Of a stretch of 64,000 nt of DNA, positions 39,654 to 49,240 are shown piece by piece. The position numbers were made by a program, and so were the translations under genes. The notes beneath the pieces were generated by a model. The model did not search any database, had not been told where the DNA came from, and was given only the letters and a program-made list of their open reading frames with translations. The DNA is from an uncultured Gammaproteobacteria bacterium (GTDB taxonomy: Bacteria; Patescibacteriota; Microgenomatia; Daviesbacterales; UBA10151). Each line of letters starts with the position of its first letter. Position 1 is the stretch's first letter. Location: positions 212,517 to 276,516 of the forward strand of contig CAYRCR010000001.1 in NCBI GenBank assembly GCA_964422835.1, read 5' to 3'.

Positions 39654-41057
39654 ATGGACTACAAGATTCCAGAGAGCGTCCAAAAAATTTTAAATGAACA
39701 AGTTCGCGCATTCTGCGCTAAATTTCAAAAGAGAGGCTTCCAGATCTATACTGTCGGAGGGTCTGTCCGCGATCTTTTAATGGGGAGGGGGGTTCATGAT
39801 TGGGACTTTACTACTGATGCTACGCCGGAGGAAATACTCAAGCTTTTCCCGGAGGGATTTTATGATAATAAATTCGGAACGGTCGGTGTAAAGGCGGGTG
39901 ACGTGCAAATTTACGAGATCACCACCATGCGCAAAGAGGGAAAATATGAAGATTTCCGTCACCCTGAAAAAGTTTTATGGACTAATAAAATTGAAGAAGA
40001 TTTGGCCCGCAGAGATTTCACTATCAATGCGATAGCCCTTCGACTAGTTTACACTGAGTGTAATCGAAGTGCTCAGGGTGAACCTCCAAATTTTGAAATT
40101 GTTGACCCATATGATGGGCAGGAAGACATTAAAAATAAATTAATCAGGGCTGTTGGCGACCCGGACAGAAGATTTAAGGAAGATGCCTTAAGGCTTATAC
40201 GGGCTATTAGATTTGTAGCACAATTGGGGTTTGAAATTGAGGAAAAAACATATCTGGCTATCAAAAAAAATACTCATCTTATCTCTGAAGTGGCCAACGA
40301 AAGAATCCGCGATGAGCTATTTAAACTTCTGGGTTCAGACAATCCCCTTTTGGGAATTGAAAAAATGCGGGATACTGGTATCCTGCAAATAATTTTGCCG
40401 GAAGTAGAGAAAAGTTTTGGGGTATCGCAAGTTGGTCCCAAACATGCCCGGGTTTATGATATCGGCAGCCACTTATTTTTAACTTTGAAAGAAACCCCCT
40501 CCAAAGACCCCCTAGTCAGGCTAGCAGCGCTTTTACACGATATCGGTAAAGCAGATACTTTAAAAGTCGATGAAACTGGTAATGCCACCTTTTACCAGCA
40601 TGATGTGGTGGGATCAAGGCTGGCACTTCAAATTGCCAAAAGGTTTAATTTATCAAGAAAACAAACTGATAAACTTTTCAGATTAGTCCGCTGGCATTTA
40701 TTTACAGTTGACGAGAGACAAACTGATAGTGCCATCCGCCGCTTTATCAAAAATGTCGGACGGGAAAATATAGAGGATATGATGGCAATAAGGATCGGGG
40801 ATCGGATCGGGGGAGGAACCCAGCGGGCAGTTTCCTGGAGAATGGAAAGATTTGGAGGAAGAATTAAACAAGTTCTGAAAAAACCATTTTCAATATCTGA
40901 TTTAAAAATTAATGGCCAAGATGTGATGAAAATTTTAAATATCCCACCCAGTCCCAAAGTGGGTCATATTTTACAAAAACTTTTTGAGGAAGTTCTGGAA
41001 GACGCCTCTAAAAACAACAGGGAATATCTACTAAACGAAATTAAGCAATTGAACTGA
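39654..41057 (+). CDS. cca: CCA tRNA nucleotidyltransferase with HD domain
   Basis: VGGSVRD, DWDFTT, DLARRDFTINA, EDALR, ERI, LLHDIGK. Confidence 0.92.
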   Translation: MDYKIPESVQKILNEQVRAFCAKFQKRGFQIYTVGGSVRDLLMGRGVHDWDFTTDATPEEILKLFPEGFYDNKFGTVGVKAGDVQIYEITTMRKEGKYEDFRHPEKVLWTNKIEEDLARRDFTINAIALRLVYTECNRSAQGEPPNFEIVDPYDGQEDIKNKLIRAVGDPDRRFKEDALRLIRAIRFVAQLGFEIEEKTYLAIKKNTHLISEVANERIRDELFKLLGSDNPLLGIEKMRDTGILQIILPEVEKSFGVSQVGPKHARVYDIGSHLFLTLKETPSKDPLVRLAALLHDIGKADTLKVDETGNATFYQHDVVGSRLALQIAKRFNLSRKQTDKLFRLVRWHLFTVDERQTDSAIRRFIKNVGRENIEDMMAIRIGDRIGGGTQRAVSWRMERFGGRIKQVLKKPFSISDLKINGQDVMKILNIPPSPKVGHILQKLFEEVLEDASKNNREYLLNEIKQLN

Positions 41058-41077
41058 ATTATATTCATTTTTATTCT

Positions 41078-41115
41078 TTTGTTCTATTGATTTAAATCAT
41101 TAGAACAAATATAGT
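41078..41115 (+). promoter_or_regulatory. 32-bp palindrome overlapping the promoter of the TrpR-like gene
   Basis: TTTGTTCTATTGATTTAAATCATTAGAACAAA contains -35 TTGATT, then 17 bp and TATAGT. Confidence 0.7.
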
Positions 41116-41121
41116 AATTTT

Positions 41122-41574
41122 ATGGCACAGGTCTCTAAGTACCCTATCTCAAAAGATATAGCCGACCGGATATTTGATATTTTTATTAAAACTTTATTAA
41201 AAATCCATAATCCACAAGATGCCCAAAATTTAACCAACGACTTATTTTCCCCAACAGAAAAAATTATGCTGGCAAAACGTTTAGCTATTGCTTTTCTATT
41301 GATGAAAAATTATCAATACCGGGAAATCAGTAAACTTTTGAGAGTTAGCGTAGCTACAGTGGCTTCAGTTAACATATCACATAAATATGGCAGTGGTGGC
41401 TATAAAACTATACTTGAACGCATAGCCAAAGAGGAAAAACTAGAAGAATTTTTCTTGGGAATAGCAGAACAATTGCTAAAATTACCGGCCAGTGTCTCGA
41501 AAGGAGGAGGAAACTGGAGATACCTCTTAGAAGAAGTTAGAAAATCAAAAAGAAAAAAATTGAATGAACTTTGA
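41122..41574 (+). CDS. TrpR-like (YerC/YecD) HTH protein
   Basis: SPTEKIMLAKRLAIAFLL...YREISKLLRVSVATVASV. Confidence 0.82.
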   Translation: MAQVSKYPISKDIADRIFDIFIKTLLKIHNPQDAQNLTNDLFSPTEKIMLAKRLAIAFLLMKNYQYREISKLLRVSVATVASVNISHKYGSGGYKTILERIAKEEKLEEFFLGIAEQLLKLPASVSKGGGNWRYLLEEVRKSKRKKLNEL

Positions 41575-41578
41575 TGCA

Positions 41579-41614
41579 ATACCGTTTCAATGATTTAAAT
41601 CATTGAAACGGTAT
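41579..41614. repeat. perfect 36-bp palindrome
   Basis: ATACCGTTTCAATGATTTAAATCATTGAAACGGTAT. Confidence 0.9.
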
Positions 41615-42054
41615 CTTATTCTTCTTAAATCTCCATCTAGTATAATAGGTCTCATTGCTAAAATTTCTGTCTTATAAAAATCTATTTCTGGAACTGGATT
41701 TAATAGAAAAATTTTTTTATCATTTACATAAGCAAAACCTATTTCCAAAAAAGAATTTCCTCCAATATAATTGGGGATACCTTTTTTATCATAATTTAGG
41801 ACTACTATTCCGTCTGACTTCATTATTTTACGGTAATGATCTTTTATCAAATCGTGCTTCCTTTTAAATTCTGCACTTTCGCGCTCTCCATTACCTTGTA
41901 GTTCTTCCCTTATCAGTGCCTCTCTGTCAAACCGTTCGATTGAATATGGTACTTCAACTTTAATTCCAGCATTTTTCAGTGCTTCTCTTGCCTGAACCAT
42001 TTGTTCAGCAAAAGACATTGATCCGCAGATAGTTATTTTAATTTCTCTATTCAT
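41587..42054 (-). CDS. nucleoside 2-deoxyribosyltransferase-like fold protein
   Basis: ITICGSMSF...SDGIVVLN...YIGGNSFLEIGFA. Confidence 0.65.
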   Translation of the reverse strand: MNREIKITICGSMSFAEQMVQAREALKNAGIKVEVPYSIERFDREALIREELQGNGERESAEFKRKHDLIKDHYRKIMKSDGIVVLNYDKKGIPNYIGGNSFLEIGFAYVNDKKIFLLNPVPEIDFYKTEILAMRPIILDGDLRRIRYRFNDLNH

Positions 42055-42941
42055 TAATGTCCCAATTTTTCTTCCCATAAAACAAGTAAAGCCGTGGCAT
42101 TAAAGATTGAGGAATATGTTCCGGAGACAATTCCCACAAGGAGTGCTACTACAAACCACCTGATAGTTTCACCCCCAAACAGAAGCAGTGCCAGCAGGAC
42201 AAAAACTACCGTCAGGGAAGTATTCAAAGACCTGGCTAAAGTTTGGGTAATGGAAATATTAGCAACCTCCTCAAATCTTCTTGATAAATGTTTGGGTAGA
42301 TTTTCCCTAATTCTGTCAAAAACTACAATGGTATCATGAACAGAAAATCCAATTACAGTAAGAGTGGCTGTGACAAATAAAACGTCGACTTCCACTTTCA
42401 AGAAATGCCCTAAAAGGGAGAATACCCCTACTAATACTAACACATCATGAAGCAACGCTATGACTGCCGTGATGCCAAATCTAAGAGATGAAGCAGGTTT
42501 GGGCACTTTTCTGAAAGACAGGGCAAGATAAATAATAATGGCAAAAGAGGCCACGATAACTGCCAGGAATGCATTGCGGGTAGTTTCTGCCCCGATTATG
42601 GGACCGATATTTTCTACTCTCACTTCTTCTGCTTTGCCAAAATCTTTTTCCAACTCCTTTTTCACCTCAAGTATCTTTTGGCCATCAACTGGTTTAGTTT
42701 TTATGATATAAGTATTATTTCCGGAGTCAGCAATTGAGGATACTTCTATATTTTGTTTAACAATCTTTTCGTGCAAATTATCCTTATTTATGCTTCTTTC
42801 AAATTTATATTCCAAAAGCGCCCCGCCGGTAAAATCTACCCCCAGATTTAATCCGTATAAAAACAGCGAGATTGTTCCGGGCAAAATAATAACCAGAGAC
42901 AGAACAAAAAACCACCATTTTTTACCCATTAAATTAAGCAT
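42054..42941 (-). CDS. secF: protein translocase subunit SecF
   Basis: GVDFTGG, ALLHDV, GFSVHDTIVVFDRIRE, GTYSSIF. Confidence 0.96.
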   Translation of the reverse strand: MLNLMGKKWWFFVLSLVIILPGTISLFLYGLNLGVDFTGGALLEYKFERSINKDNLHEKIVKQNIEVSSIADSGNNTYIIKTKPVDGQKILEVKKELEKDFGKAEEVRVENIGPIIGAETTRNAFLAVIVASFAIIIYLALSFRKVPKPASSLRFGITAVIALLHDVLVLVGVFSLLGHFLKVEVDVLFVTATLTVIGFSVHDTIVVFDRIRENLPKHLSRRFEEVANISITQTLARSLNTSLTVVFVLLALLLFGGETIRWFVVALLVGIVSGTYSSIFNATALLVLWEEKLGH

Positions 42942-43278
42942 GGGCTTTACCCGCCGGCTGGCGGGCCTCCCTAATATCCATATGCAGTTCTTCCTTTAGA
43001 TCTTGGACTGTGTTTTTTATTTCTTCCTCAATATTTTCAACTTTTTCTTTTACAAATTTCATCAAATCTTTATCTTCCGGATTTTCCTTCATCTTGGCAA
43101 CTAAAGTTCTTCTATCGGACTTTGAAAGTTTTGACAAAATCAAATCTAAAACAGTCTGATGAATTGTTGAGTCAACGAGATGTGCCAGGTGTTTTTTTTG
43201 ATCATTTGATAAATCTATCTCATCTAACTTAACCAGAACAGATTCAATCTCAATTATATGTGAATAGAAATATTTCAT
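42934..43278 (-). CDS. hypothetical helical protein
   Basis: 114 aa, translationally coupled on both sides. Confidence 0.75.
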   Translation of the reverse strand: MKYFYSHIIEIESVLVKLDEIDLSNDQKKHLAHLVDSTIHQTVLDLILSKLSKSDRRTLVAKMKENPEDKDLMKFVKEKVENIEEEIKNTVQDLKEELHMDIREARQPAGKAHA

Positions 43279-44153
43279 ATTTTTGTGCTTCCATTCATTT
43301 GTATTGGCCCTAACGGAACCTCATTTTTTGGATCATCAACAAAAAAGTATAACACAGCTCCTTTTCTTGGACCTTTTGCCAAACCTAAATAATGCATCGC
43401 TTCCGGAGAACCCCCCAGGTGTTTACCTGTCCACTCGGCCGGCCCCGCATCCCCAACAACCGCCACGACCGCCTGCCCCGTCTTGGGATTGACAACCAAC
43501 ATTTTGCGGAACCGGAAAAAATCTCTGAATTTCCCGACGTTCTCGGCAAAACCCGGCGCTAAAAATGTCTGCACTGCCAAATAATATTTTTCCCTCATTT
43601 TATCTTCTTCGGAAAAAGAGCTTTCTGAAGGTGCAAAATAACCCCAAGCGCCAAGCCCCGGCGCAATGCCGGCCGGTCCATACATTGCCCAGTCGGCTGC
43701 ATTATCAGCATGCTTATATAAATTATCCCCCGGGAAACGGTACAAATGTTGTTCCCCTCCGATAAGCCCATAAGAGCGGTTTAGCCTAATCCCTTCAAGC
43801 TCCCCTGCTACCTTAAAACCCATTTTCCCCGATAAGACTTCTGCAATTTGAGTTTCTTCATCAGTGGTCAGTTTCCTCACCTCTTCCGGTACAATATCTT
43901 TCAGGCTTTCTGCCAAAAGCCTGTTTTTATCTTCTGCATAAGTTATGTTATTTTCCCCCGCAAGCGCATTATGATTTTCGGTAAATCCCGCTCCTGATGT
44001 TGTCATCAGCATCAGCCCCCCCAACCCGCCAAGTGTTGCCCGCCTGATTGTTTCTCCATGAGTGGCCAAAAATTTTTCCGAAACCGCCTTTTGTCTGCCG
44101 ACCCATTTTTTTCTCAAGTATTCATATTGGGGATGTTTAGTTTGGAATTTCAT
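43275..44153 (-). CDS. hypothetical protein with possible double-psi-barrel/glycanase-like C-terminus
   Basis: 292 aa; LVVNPKTGQAVVAVVGDAGP. Confidence 0.7.
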   Translation of the reverse strand: MKFQTKHPQYEYLRKKWVGRQKAVSEKFLATHGETIRRATLGGLGGLMLMTTSGAGFTENHNALAGENNITYAEDKNRLLAESLKDIVPEEVRKLTTDEETQIAEVLSGKMGFKVAGELEGIRLNRSYGLIGGEQHLYRFPGDNLYKHADNAADWAMYGPAGIAPGLGAWGYFAPSESSFSEEDKMREKYYLAVQTFLAPGFAENVGKFRDFFRFRKMLVVNPKTGQAVVAVVGDAGPAEWTGKHLGGSPEAMHYLGLAKGPRKGAVLYFFVDDPKNEVPLGPIQMNGSTKI

Positions 44154-45469
44154 TTTTTAAACCTTGGCCCGCTTCGCCAAATCGAGGCGAGTAAAAGCCG
44201 TAAAAAAGTCCTGGTTACAAAAATTGCTGAAAACATTGATACCATTACCCCAATCGCCAGTGTTAAGGCAAAACCCCGGACTACACTTGTACCAAAAGCA
44301 TACAAAATTGAGGCGGTAATAAGTGATGAAACATTGGAATCACGGATTGACGTCCATGCCCGGGAAAATCCATGCTCCAAAGCTAATGTGCCGCTTTTCC
44401 CGAGGCGCGCTTCTTCTTTCATTCTTTCAAAAATTAAAATATTGGCGTCAACTGCCATACCGACAGACAAAATAAATCCGGCAATCCCTGCTAAAGTTAA
44501 AGTTACAGGAGGTAAAATAAATAGTCCGGTTCTAAAGATAGATAAAACAAAAACTGTATAAAGTATAAGCGCCATATCAGCTACCAAACCATACACTCCA
44601 TAGTAGAAAATCATAAATAACATCACCAGAAGAATGCCGATGCCGCCTGCTACTAAACTTTTTTGTACCGACTCGTGCCCTAATGTTGCGCCGATGGTGC
44701 GCTGGGATAACAGCTCAATTGGTACAGGTAGCGCCCCGGCATTAAGTTGAATTGAGAGCTCTTTTGCTTCCTCCGAAGTGAATTGTCCTGTGATCACTGC
44801 ACTCCCAATAATTTCCTGCTCTACATTTGGGGCAGAAACTAACTGGTTATCCAAAAAAATAGCCAAAGGTTTTCCAACATTCCTTTTGGTAATCTCGGCA
44901 AATTTTTTAGCTCCATCAGATGTGAATTCAATTGAAACTTGGGGACCGGATGACTTACCTGAAGAACCGAACGTAACAGCGGCCTTTTTTAAATCAGCCC
45001 CCGTCAGACCCGTACTTTGGGAAAAAATCTGCAAAGGATGCCCGGATGATGAGCTTTCAGCAGAAGAGGTAGCAGGAATCTCGCGAAATTCCAGCTGGGC
45101 AGTTTTCCCTACTAAATTTACAGCCGCGGCAGTATCTTTTATTCCCGGCAATTCCACCAATATCCGCCTCTCATTCCCTAAGCGGGAAGTTTGGACAACC
45201 GCCTCTGATACTCCATAAAGATTAACGCGCCTTTCAATTACTTCGCGGGCAGCAACCAAGGCGCTGTCCTGATCCTCCGGCGCTATTTTATCCATTTTCG
45301 CCCGCATAACAAGCTCTGTACCTCCCAAAAGATCCAAACCCAGCTTAACAGGAAACTTACCAATAAAATTGGTGAGGGGGGTAGGAATTTGCGGAATGAG
45401 CGGCAAATTGATCCAAAGTGAGAAAATCGTCACAAGTATTATCAACCATAAAGTCCAGCGTGATGTCAT
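44150..45469 (-). CDS. secD: protein translocase subunit SecD
   Basis: LGLDLLGG, AGALP, GMAVDANILIFER, GFALTL. Confidence 0.96.
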   Translation of the reverse strand: MTSRWTLWLIILVTIFSLWINLPLIPQIPTPLTNFIGKFPVKLGLDLLGGTELVMRAKMDKIAPEDQDSALVAAREVIERRVNLYGVSEAVVQTSRLGNERRILVELPGIKDTAAAVNLVGKTAQLEFREIPATSSAESSSSGHPLQIFSQSTGLTGADLKKAAVTFGSSGKSSGPQVSIEFTSDGAKKFAEITKRNVGKPLAIFLDNQLVSAPNVEQEIIGSAVITGQFTSEEAKELSIQLNAGALPVPIELLSQRTIGATLGHESVQKSLVAGGIGILLVMLFMIFYYGVYGLVADMALILYTVFVLSIFRTGLFILPPVTLTLAGIAGFILSVGMAVDANILIFERMKEEARLGKSGTLALEHGFSRAWTSIRDSNVSSLITASILYAFGTSVVRGFALTLAIGVMVSMFSAIFVTRTFLRLLLASIWRSGPRFKK

Positions 45470-45470
45470 T

Positions 45471-46055
45471 TTATATAACCAAACCTTCCAATAAGTTTTC
45501 CTCACTGCCTATAAGCATAATTTTAGGCTGGACCAGAACCCGGAGTATGAATGGATCGCGCCTCCTTACCCTAAAATTAAATTCCGCTTCATCCATAAAC
45601 GAATAGTTTATTTCTATCTCCCGTTTGGCCTGTTCGTCTGCAATAATCACTTGCAGTTCCGGCAAAACAATCTGTCCCACAATTAAAAGGTCAACATCTT
45701 CAGACGTTCCTTTTTCACCCTTGAGAAATCTTAAGGCAATCATGGCATGCTTAATTCTGCCAAGCCTTGCCTTATTTTTGATAACCGCACCACCCAGTCC
45801 TTCAGTCTTTGCCACAAACCCCAACAGTTGGTCATAAAAAAGATAGTCTTTCCTAAAGTGGTAAAGCCTTTTATTGGCCCGCCATTCCGATGCAACTATG
45901 CCAAATTTTTCCATTCTGGAAAGTTCCCGCCTGACTGCATTAATTTCTTCACTGCACCTTCTGACAATTTCCCGGACATGTAAAAGCGGCTCGTGAGAGG
46001 CTAGAAAAAGCTTTAGGAGTTTTACCCGAACACGGGATACAAAAAGTTCCTCCAT
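45471..46055 (-). CDS. wHTH + degenerate minimal nucleotidyltransferase-fold protein
   Basis: SRVRVKLL, HVREIVR...NAVRREL, DVDLLIVG. Confidence 0.7.
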   Translation of the reverse strand: MEELFVSRVRVKLLKLFLASHEPLLHVREIVRRCSEEINAVRRELSRMEKFGIVASEWRANKRLYHFRKDYLFYDQLLGFVAKTEGLGGAVIKNKARLGRIKHAMIALRFLKGEKGTSEDVDLLIVGQIVLPELQVIIADEQAKREIEINYSFMDEAEFNFRVRRRDPFILRVLVQPKIMLIGSEENLLEGLVI

Positions 46056-46099
46056 ATTTTCCTCCTTTCTGAGCAGGAACTTAAAATTTCAGTAGCTGA

Positions 46100-47305
46100 C
46101 TAGCTATAGCTGACCTTCGCTCCTTCCGGGACTGTTTCAATCCAGATAAGCCCCTTATTAAACTTTATTTCGGAGCCTTTATCATCTGTATATTTAGTCC
46201 TGGCAGTGCGAGAAGCCTTACTCCATTTGCCGGAAATTACTTTGCCGTCCTGGAAAATCAGGGCGCGGCCTTGACCTGTTGTACCATAAAGAAGATGGGC
46301 ATTATTTTCATATCCGTCATTGGCATTACTTTCTCTTTCGAATTGGACTACTATATTTTTAGCCGTAAGCTGCTGCTTATTGTTCAAATCAAGATGGGGC
46401 TCACCGCCATTTGACCTTTTGTAAAGGTTGGTAGCCGGATCAAAATCCCAGGTAACGGAATAGCTGGAATACCCCGACCAAAATTCAACGTTGACTTTTG
46501 CACCGCCACTTGCTGACCCTGTAACAGATGCTAAATTTGCAGCCGGGTCTTTGAATATCCACGAGACAAAGCCTGTTCCCCATTTACCGTCTTTCTCATC
46601 CACCGCCGCGAAGCCCCGTTTTGTCCCAATGTCCCAAAGTTTTTGGGTGGTAGAATACATGGTGTGTTCCGTGGCAACAGGCCGGCCAAGCCTTTGATAA
46701 TCCCTCCAAAAAGTGGGGAAACCAATGCTAAATTGGTTCAGGTCTTTAATACCATATTTAATAATCTGGCCCAATGCATTGGCGGGTCCCGGAGTATTGG
46801 CCCCCCCGACATGGGCGTAAAGGGCACCATATTCTGAAAGCCAATCCAAAAAGTAGGTCCGGGCAGAACGAACAGGACCTATCTGAATATCCCCCAAATT
46901 ACAGTAAAACAGCGCCATAAACCGGGTAATTCCGCCCTCTGCCACAACTTCATAGATAATATCAGCCGAAGAAAGGCCTGATTGCGGCCGGGATTCGGTA
47001 TGATTTTCAATCATTACCGCAAGAGGTATTCTTTTTTCCCACACCTCACGGGCTTTTTTGGTATGCAGTTGCCCATTTAAGGGACAACTTTCTGTTTTGG
47101 GTTCACTGGGATCTTCAGAGATGACAGCAGCCGGACCCGGTATGGTCATAGTTCCCGGTACCACTAAATTTCCTATTTTACCCCTCCCGAAAATAGAAAA
47201 AGATAATGTAGAAGACCCGATGAATAAAACTATGGAAAGGATAGACACAATCAAACTTTTCTGTACGGTTGTCAAATTACTAAATAAATTAAATATGTTA
47301 CTCAT
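46100..47305 (-). CDS. DUF3048 (YerB-like) membrane-anchored protein
   Basis: PLAVMIEN...RPQSGL...EGGITRF, GPVRSAR. Confidence 0.88.
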   Translation of the reverse strand: MSNIFNLFSNLTTVQKSLIVSILSIVLFIGSSTLSFSIFGRGKIGNLVVPGTMTIPGPAAVISEDPSEPKTESCPLNGQLHTKKAREVWEKRIPLAVMIENHTESRPQSGLSSADIIYEVVAEGGITRFMALFYCNLGDIQIGPVRSARTYFLDWLSEYGALYAHVGGANTPGPANALGQIIKYGIKDLNQFSIGFPTFWRDYQRLGRPVATEHTMYSTTQKLWDIGTKRGFAAVDEKDGKWGTGFVSWIFKDPAANLASVTGSASGGAKVNVEFWSGYSSYSVTWDFDPATNLYKRSNGGEPHLDLNNKQQLTAKNIVVQFERESNANDGYENNAHLLYGTTGQGRALIFQDGKVISGKWSKASRTARTKYTDDKGSEIKFNKGLIWIETVPEGAKVSYS

Positions 47306-47733
47306 TGTTTGTTTTCAACTACCTCTTTTTCCTCTTCGGAAAACCTAAAACCATCTTCTTCCCCTCCCTTGACAGATTTGGCAAAGACTCTTGTACCTGA
47401 ACGGGAATGGAGACTGGTAATGACTACCCCATTCTTATTGCCATCAAGCAGGGCCAGAGAAAAACTTTGGTCGCCTCCGGTATCCCTGTAAGGATTATAC
47501 CTTTTCAAAGTTACCTTCTGCACAGATCCCAAACTATCTCTTTTAAACTCTTCCAGCCCTTCCACTTCCTTTAAAACCTCTTCCAGTTTATCTTTGAATG
47601 TCTTGCCTGACCTCGGGAAGAGAGTCTTCAGGAAAAGACGCTCCTGCCAAATAAGATAACTTAAAATAGCCAGCCATACTAAAACCAGCCCCACAAACAA
47701 CCAAAAAAAACTACCGCCGCCTGCTGGATACAT
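47302..47733 (-). CDS. DUF4446-family protein
   Basis: RYNPY.DTGGDQSFSLALLD, SEEE. Confidence 0.85.
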   Translation of the reverse strand: MYPAGGGSFFWLFVGLVLVWLAILSYLIWQERLFLKTLFPRSGKTFKDKLEEVLKEVEGLEEFKRDSLGSVQKVTLKRYNPYRDTGGDQSFSLALLDGNKNGVVITSLHSRSGTRVFAKSVKGGEEDGFRFSEEEKEVVENKQ

Positions 47734-47787
47734 AAGTTACTCTTTTTCAAATATACCAATGTTTTAATCCTTTTGTCAAACTCGTGC

Positions 47788-47838
47788 TTGATCCTTCGAC
47801 AGGCTCAGGATCAATACTGAATGTAACTGAAGTATTGA
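47788..47838. repeat. palindromic repeat (two modules) ending in a TTGACA -35
   Basis: TTGATCCTTCGACAGGCTCAGGATCAA plus TCAATACTGAATGTAACTGAAGTATTGA. Confidence 0.8.
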
Positions 47839-47896
47839 CAGGCATAAATTTATCTGCTAGGCTCAAGTGAGTTCAATTTGAAGCTGATAAGATTAC

Positions 47897-48142
47897 ATGA
47901 GTTATTCTCAAAGTAAGAAAATGACCGATATTGAAAAAAGACTCATCTCCCTTAAGGCCCAACTATATGGCAAGGAACAAATTCTGCCCAAGGCTGCCGC
48001 TTTCCAAACCCACCCCGTGGCAGGCCACGAGATAGACTTTCTAAAACACGACCTTTTAAAAACCATTGCCTTTGCCGCTTTGGCAATTACTATCCAACTG
48101 CTTTTATTCGTCAGTATTAACCGTGGATTTATCAGATTTTAA
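47897..48142 (+). CDS. small hypothetical protein, C-terminal TM
   Basis: 81 aa with TTGACA-17-TAGGCT promoter upstream. Confidence 0.65.
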   Translation: MSYSQSKKMTDIEKRLISLKAQLYGKEQILPKAAAFQTHPVAGHEIDFLKHDLLKTIAFAALAITIQLLLFVSINRGFIRF

Positions 48143-48169
48143 GACGGTTTGAAAGGGGGTGAAAATTAA

Positions 48170-48313
48170 ATGCAAATGTATTGTGTAAAATGCCGCCAGA
48201 AAAGGGAGGCTTCCAATCCGCAAAATGTAACCATGAAAAATGGTAAACCGGCAGTCAAAGCAACTTGTTCTGTCTGCGGTACCGGAATGTACAAAATCGG
48301 TTCTCAAGTTTAA
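48170..48313 (+). CDS. DUF5679-like small Zn-ribbon protein (not in ORF track)
   Basis: MQMYCVKCRQKREASNPQNVTMKNGKPAVKATCSVCGTGMYKIGSQV; GGGGGTGA SD. Confidence 0.85.
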   Translation: MQMYCVKCRQKREASNPQNVTMKNGKPAVKATCSVCGTGMYKIGSQV

Positions 48314-48330
48314 TAGCTTTTGGCTGATTT

Positions 48331-48367
48331 AAAAACCCCGCGGAGTTTCAACGAAGTGGGGTTTTTT
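48331..48367. terminator. bidirectional intrinsic terminator
   Basis: AAAAACCCCGC...GTGGGGTTTTTT between convergent genes. Confidence 0.7.
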
Positions 48368-48371
48368 GTGC

Positions 48372-48659
48372 TTAAAACCGATTCGTTTCTTTTTTTAGAA
48401 GTTTAAAGTCCTCTGTAAAACTATCCGGAGCAAGTTTTTCCAATTCATTTTCCAGGTTGCTGGTTTTATCAAGAGTGATTGGAGTGGGGGTGGGTCCGGC
48501 AGTTGGCGGAGGGGTGGGGGTGGGTTGGAAGGCAGCGGAAGATCCGGGTATCTGCAAGTTTGCAGATATTAAACTCTGATTTACTTTGCGCCCAAAAATT
48601 CCAAACAATAACCCGACAATTACTATACTGCATATAATAAGTATTACTATCTTTTTCAT
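48372..48659 (-). CDS. small membrane-anchored Pro/Thr-rich protein
   Basis: TM plus PTPTPPPTAGPTPTP. Confidence 0.7.
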   Translation of the reverse strand: MKKIVILIICSIVIVGLLFGIFGRKVNQSLISANLQIPGSSAAFQPTPTPPPTAGPTPTPITLDKTSNLENELEKLAPDSFTEDFKLLKKETNRF

Positions 48660-49177
48660 TACTTAATTACTCCTTTTAAAATTTGCCCTGAATAGATAAC
48701 TTTAGAGCGGGCAGATAAAAGTTCTCCCTCAAACAATGAAATTAAATTCAATGCATCGTTTTTAATATTTCCCTCCCCATTTAAAATAAAAATATAAATT
48801 TTGGCTGCCTGATAGGCTATGGCCTCGTGGGCATAAGTTATCTGATATCTGGCTTTTTCAATTCCCACCTTGTTATTTCCATTGGAACGAAGTTCATATT
48901 CATCCAGAATCCTAGCTTGGTTAATCATAATTTGGTCCAATTCATCGGCTCGTCTCTTATTAATTTCGGCAATTTTATCGGAAAGAATTTTTAATTTTTG
49001 TTTATGGTCAAAGGAATAATTTTTGACTGTTTTTTCATAGGCTTCCCTTTTGGAATTGACAATATCCTCCGGTGTCACCCTGGCAAAAACCTGCCCTGGC
49101 CATATCATTGCCAATAAAATTAGTAGCATCAATATCACACATCGGATGTGTGATATTGCTAATCTTTTCTTAAACAT
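48659..49177 (-). CDS. exported helical hypothetical protein
   Basis: Signal peptide (VFA), 172 aa. Confidence 0.7.
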   Translation of the reverse strand: MFKKRLAISHIRCVILMLLILLAMIWPGQVFARVTPEDIVNSKREAYEKTVKNYSFDHKQKLKILSDKIAEINKRRADELDQIMINQARILDEYELRSNGNNKVGIEKARYQITYAHEAIAYQAAKIYIFILNGEGNIKNDALNLISLFEGELLSARSKVIYSGQILKGVIK

Positions 49178-49240
49178 GTTCTTATTCTATAATATTGCAG
49201 ATGCTGATTAAACCTCAAAGTTCCCTTTCCATTTGAAATA

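Noticed and set aside
48481-48530. G-rich run resembling a G-quadruplex
   Set aside because: Explained by Pro/Thr codons of a PTPTP linker on the minus strand.
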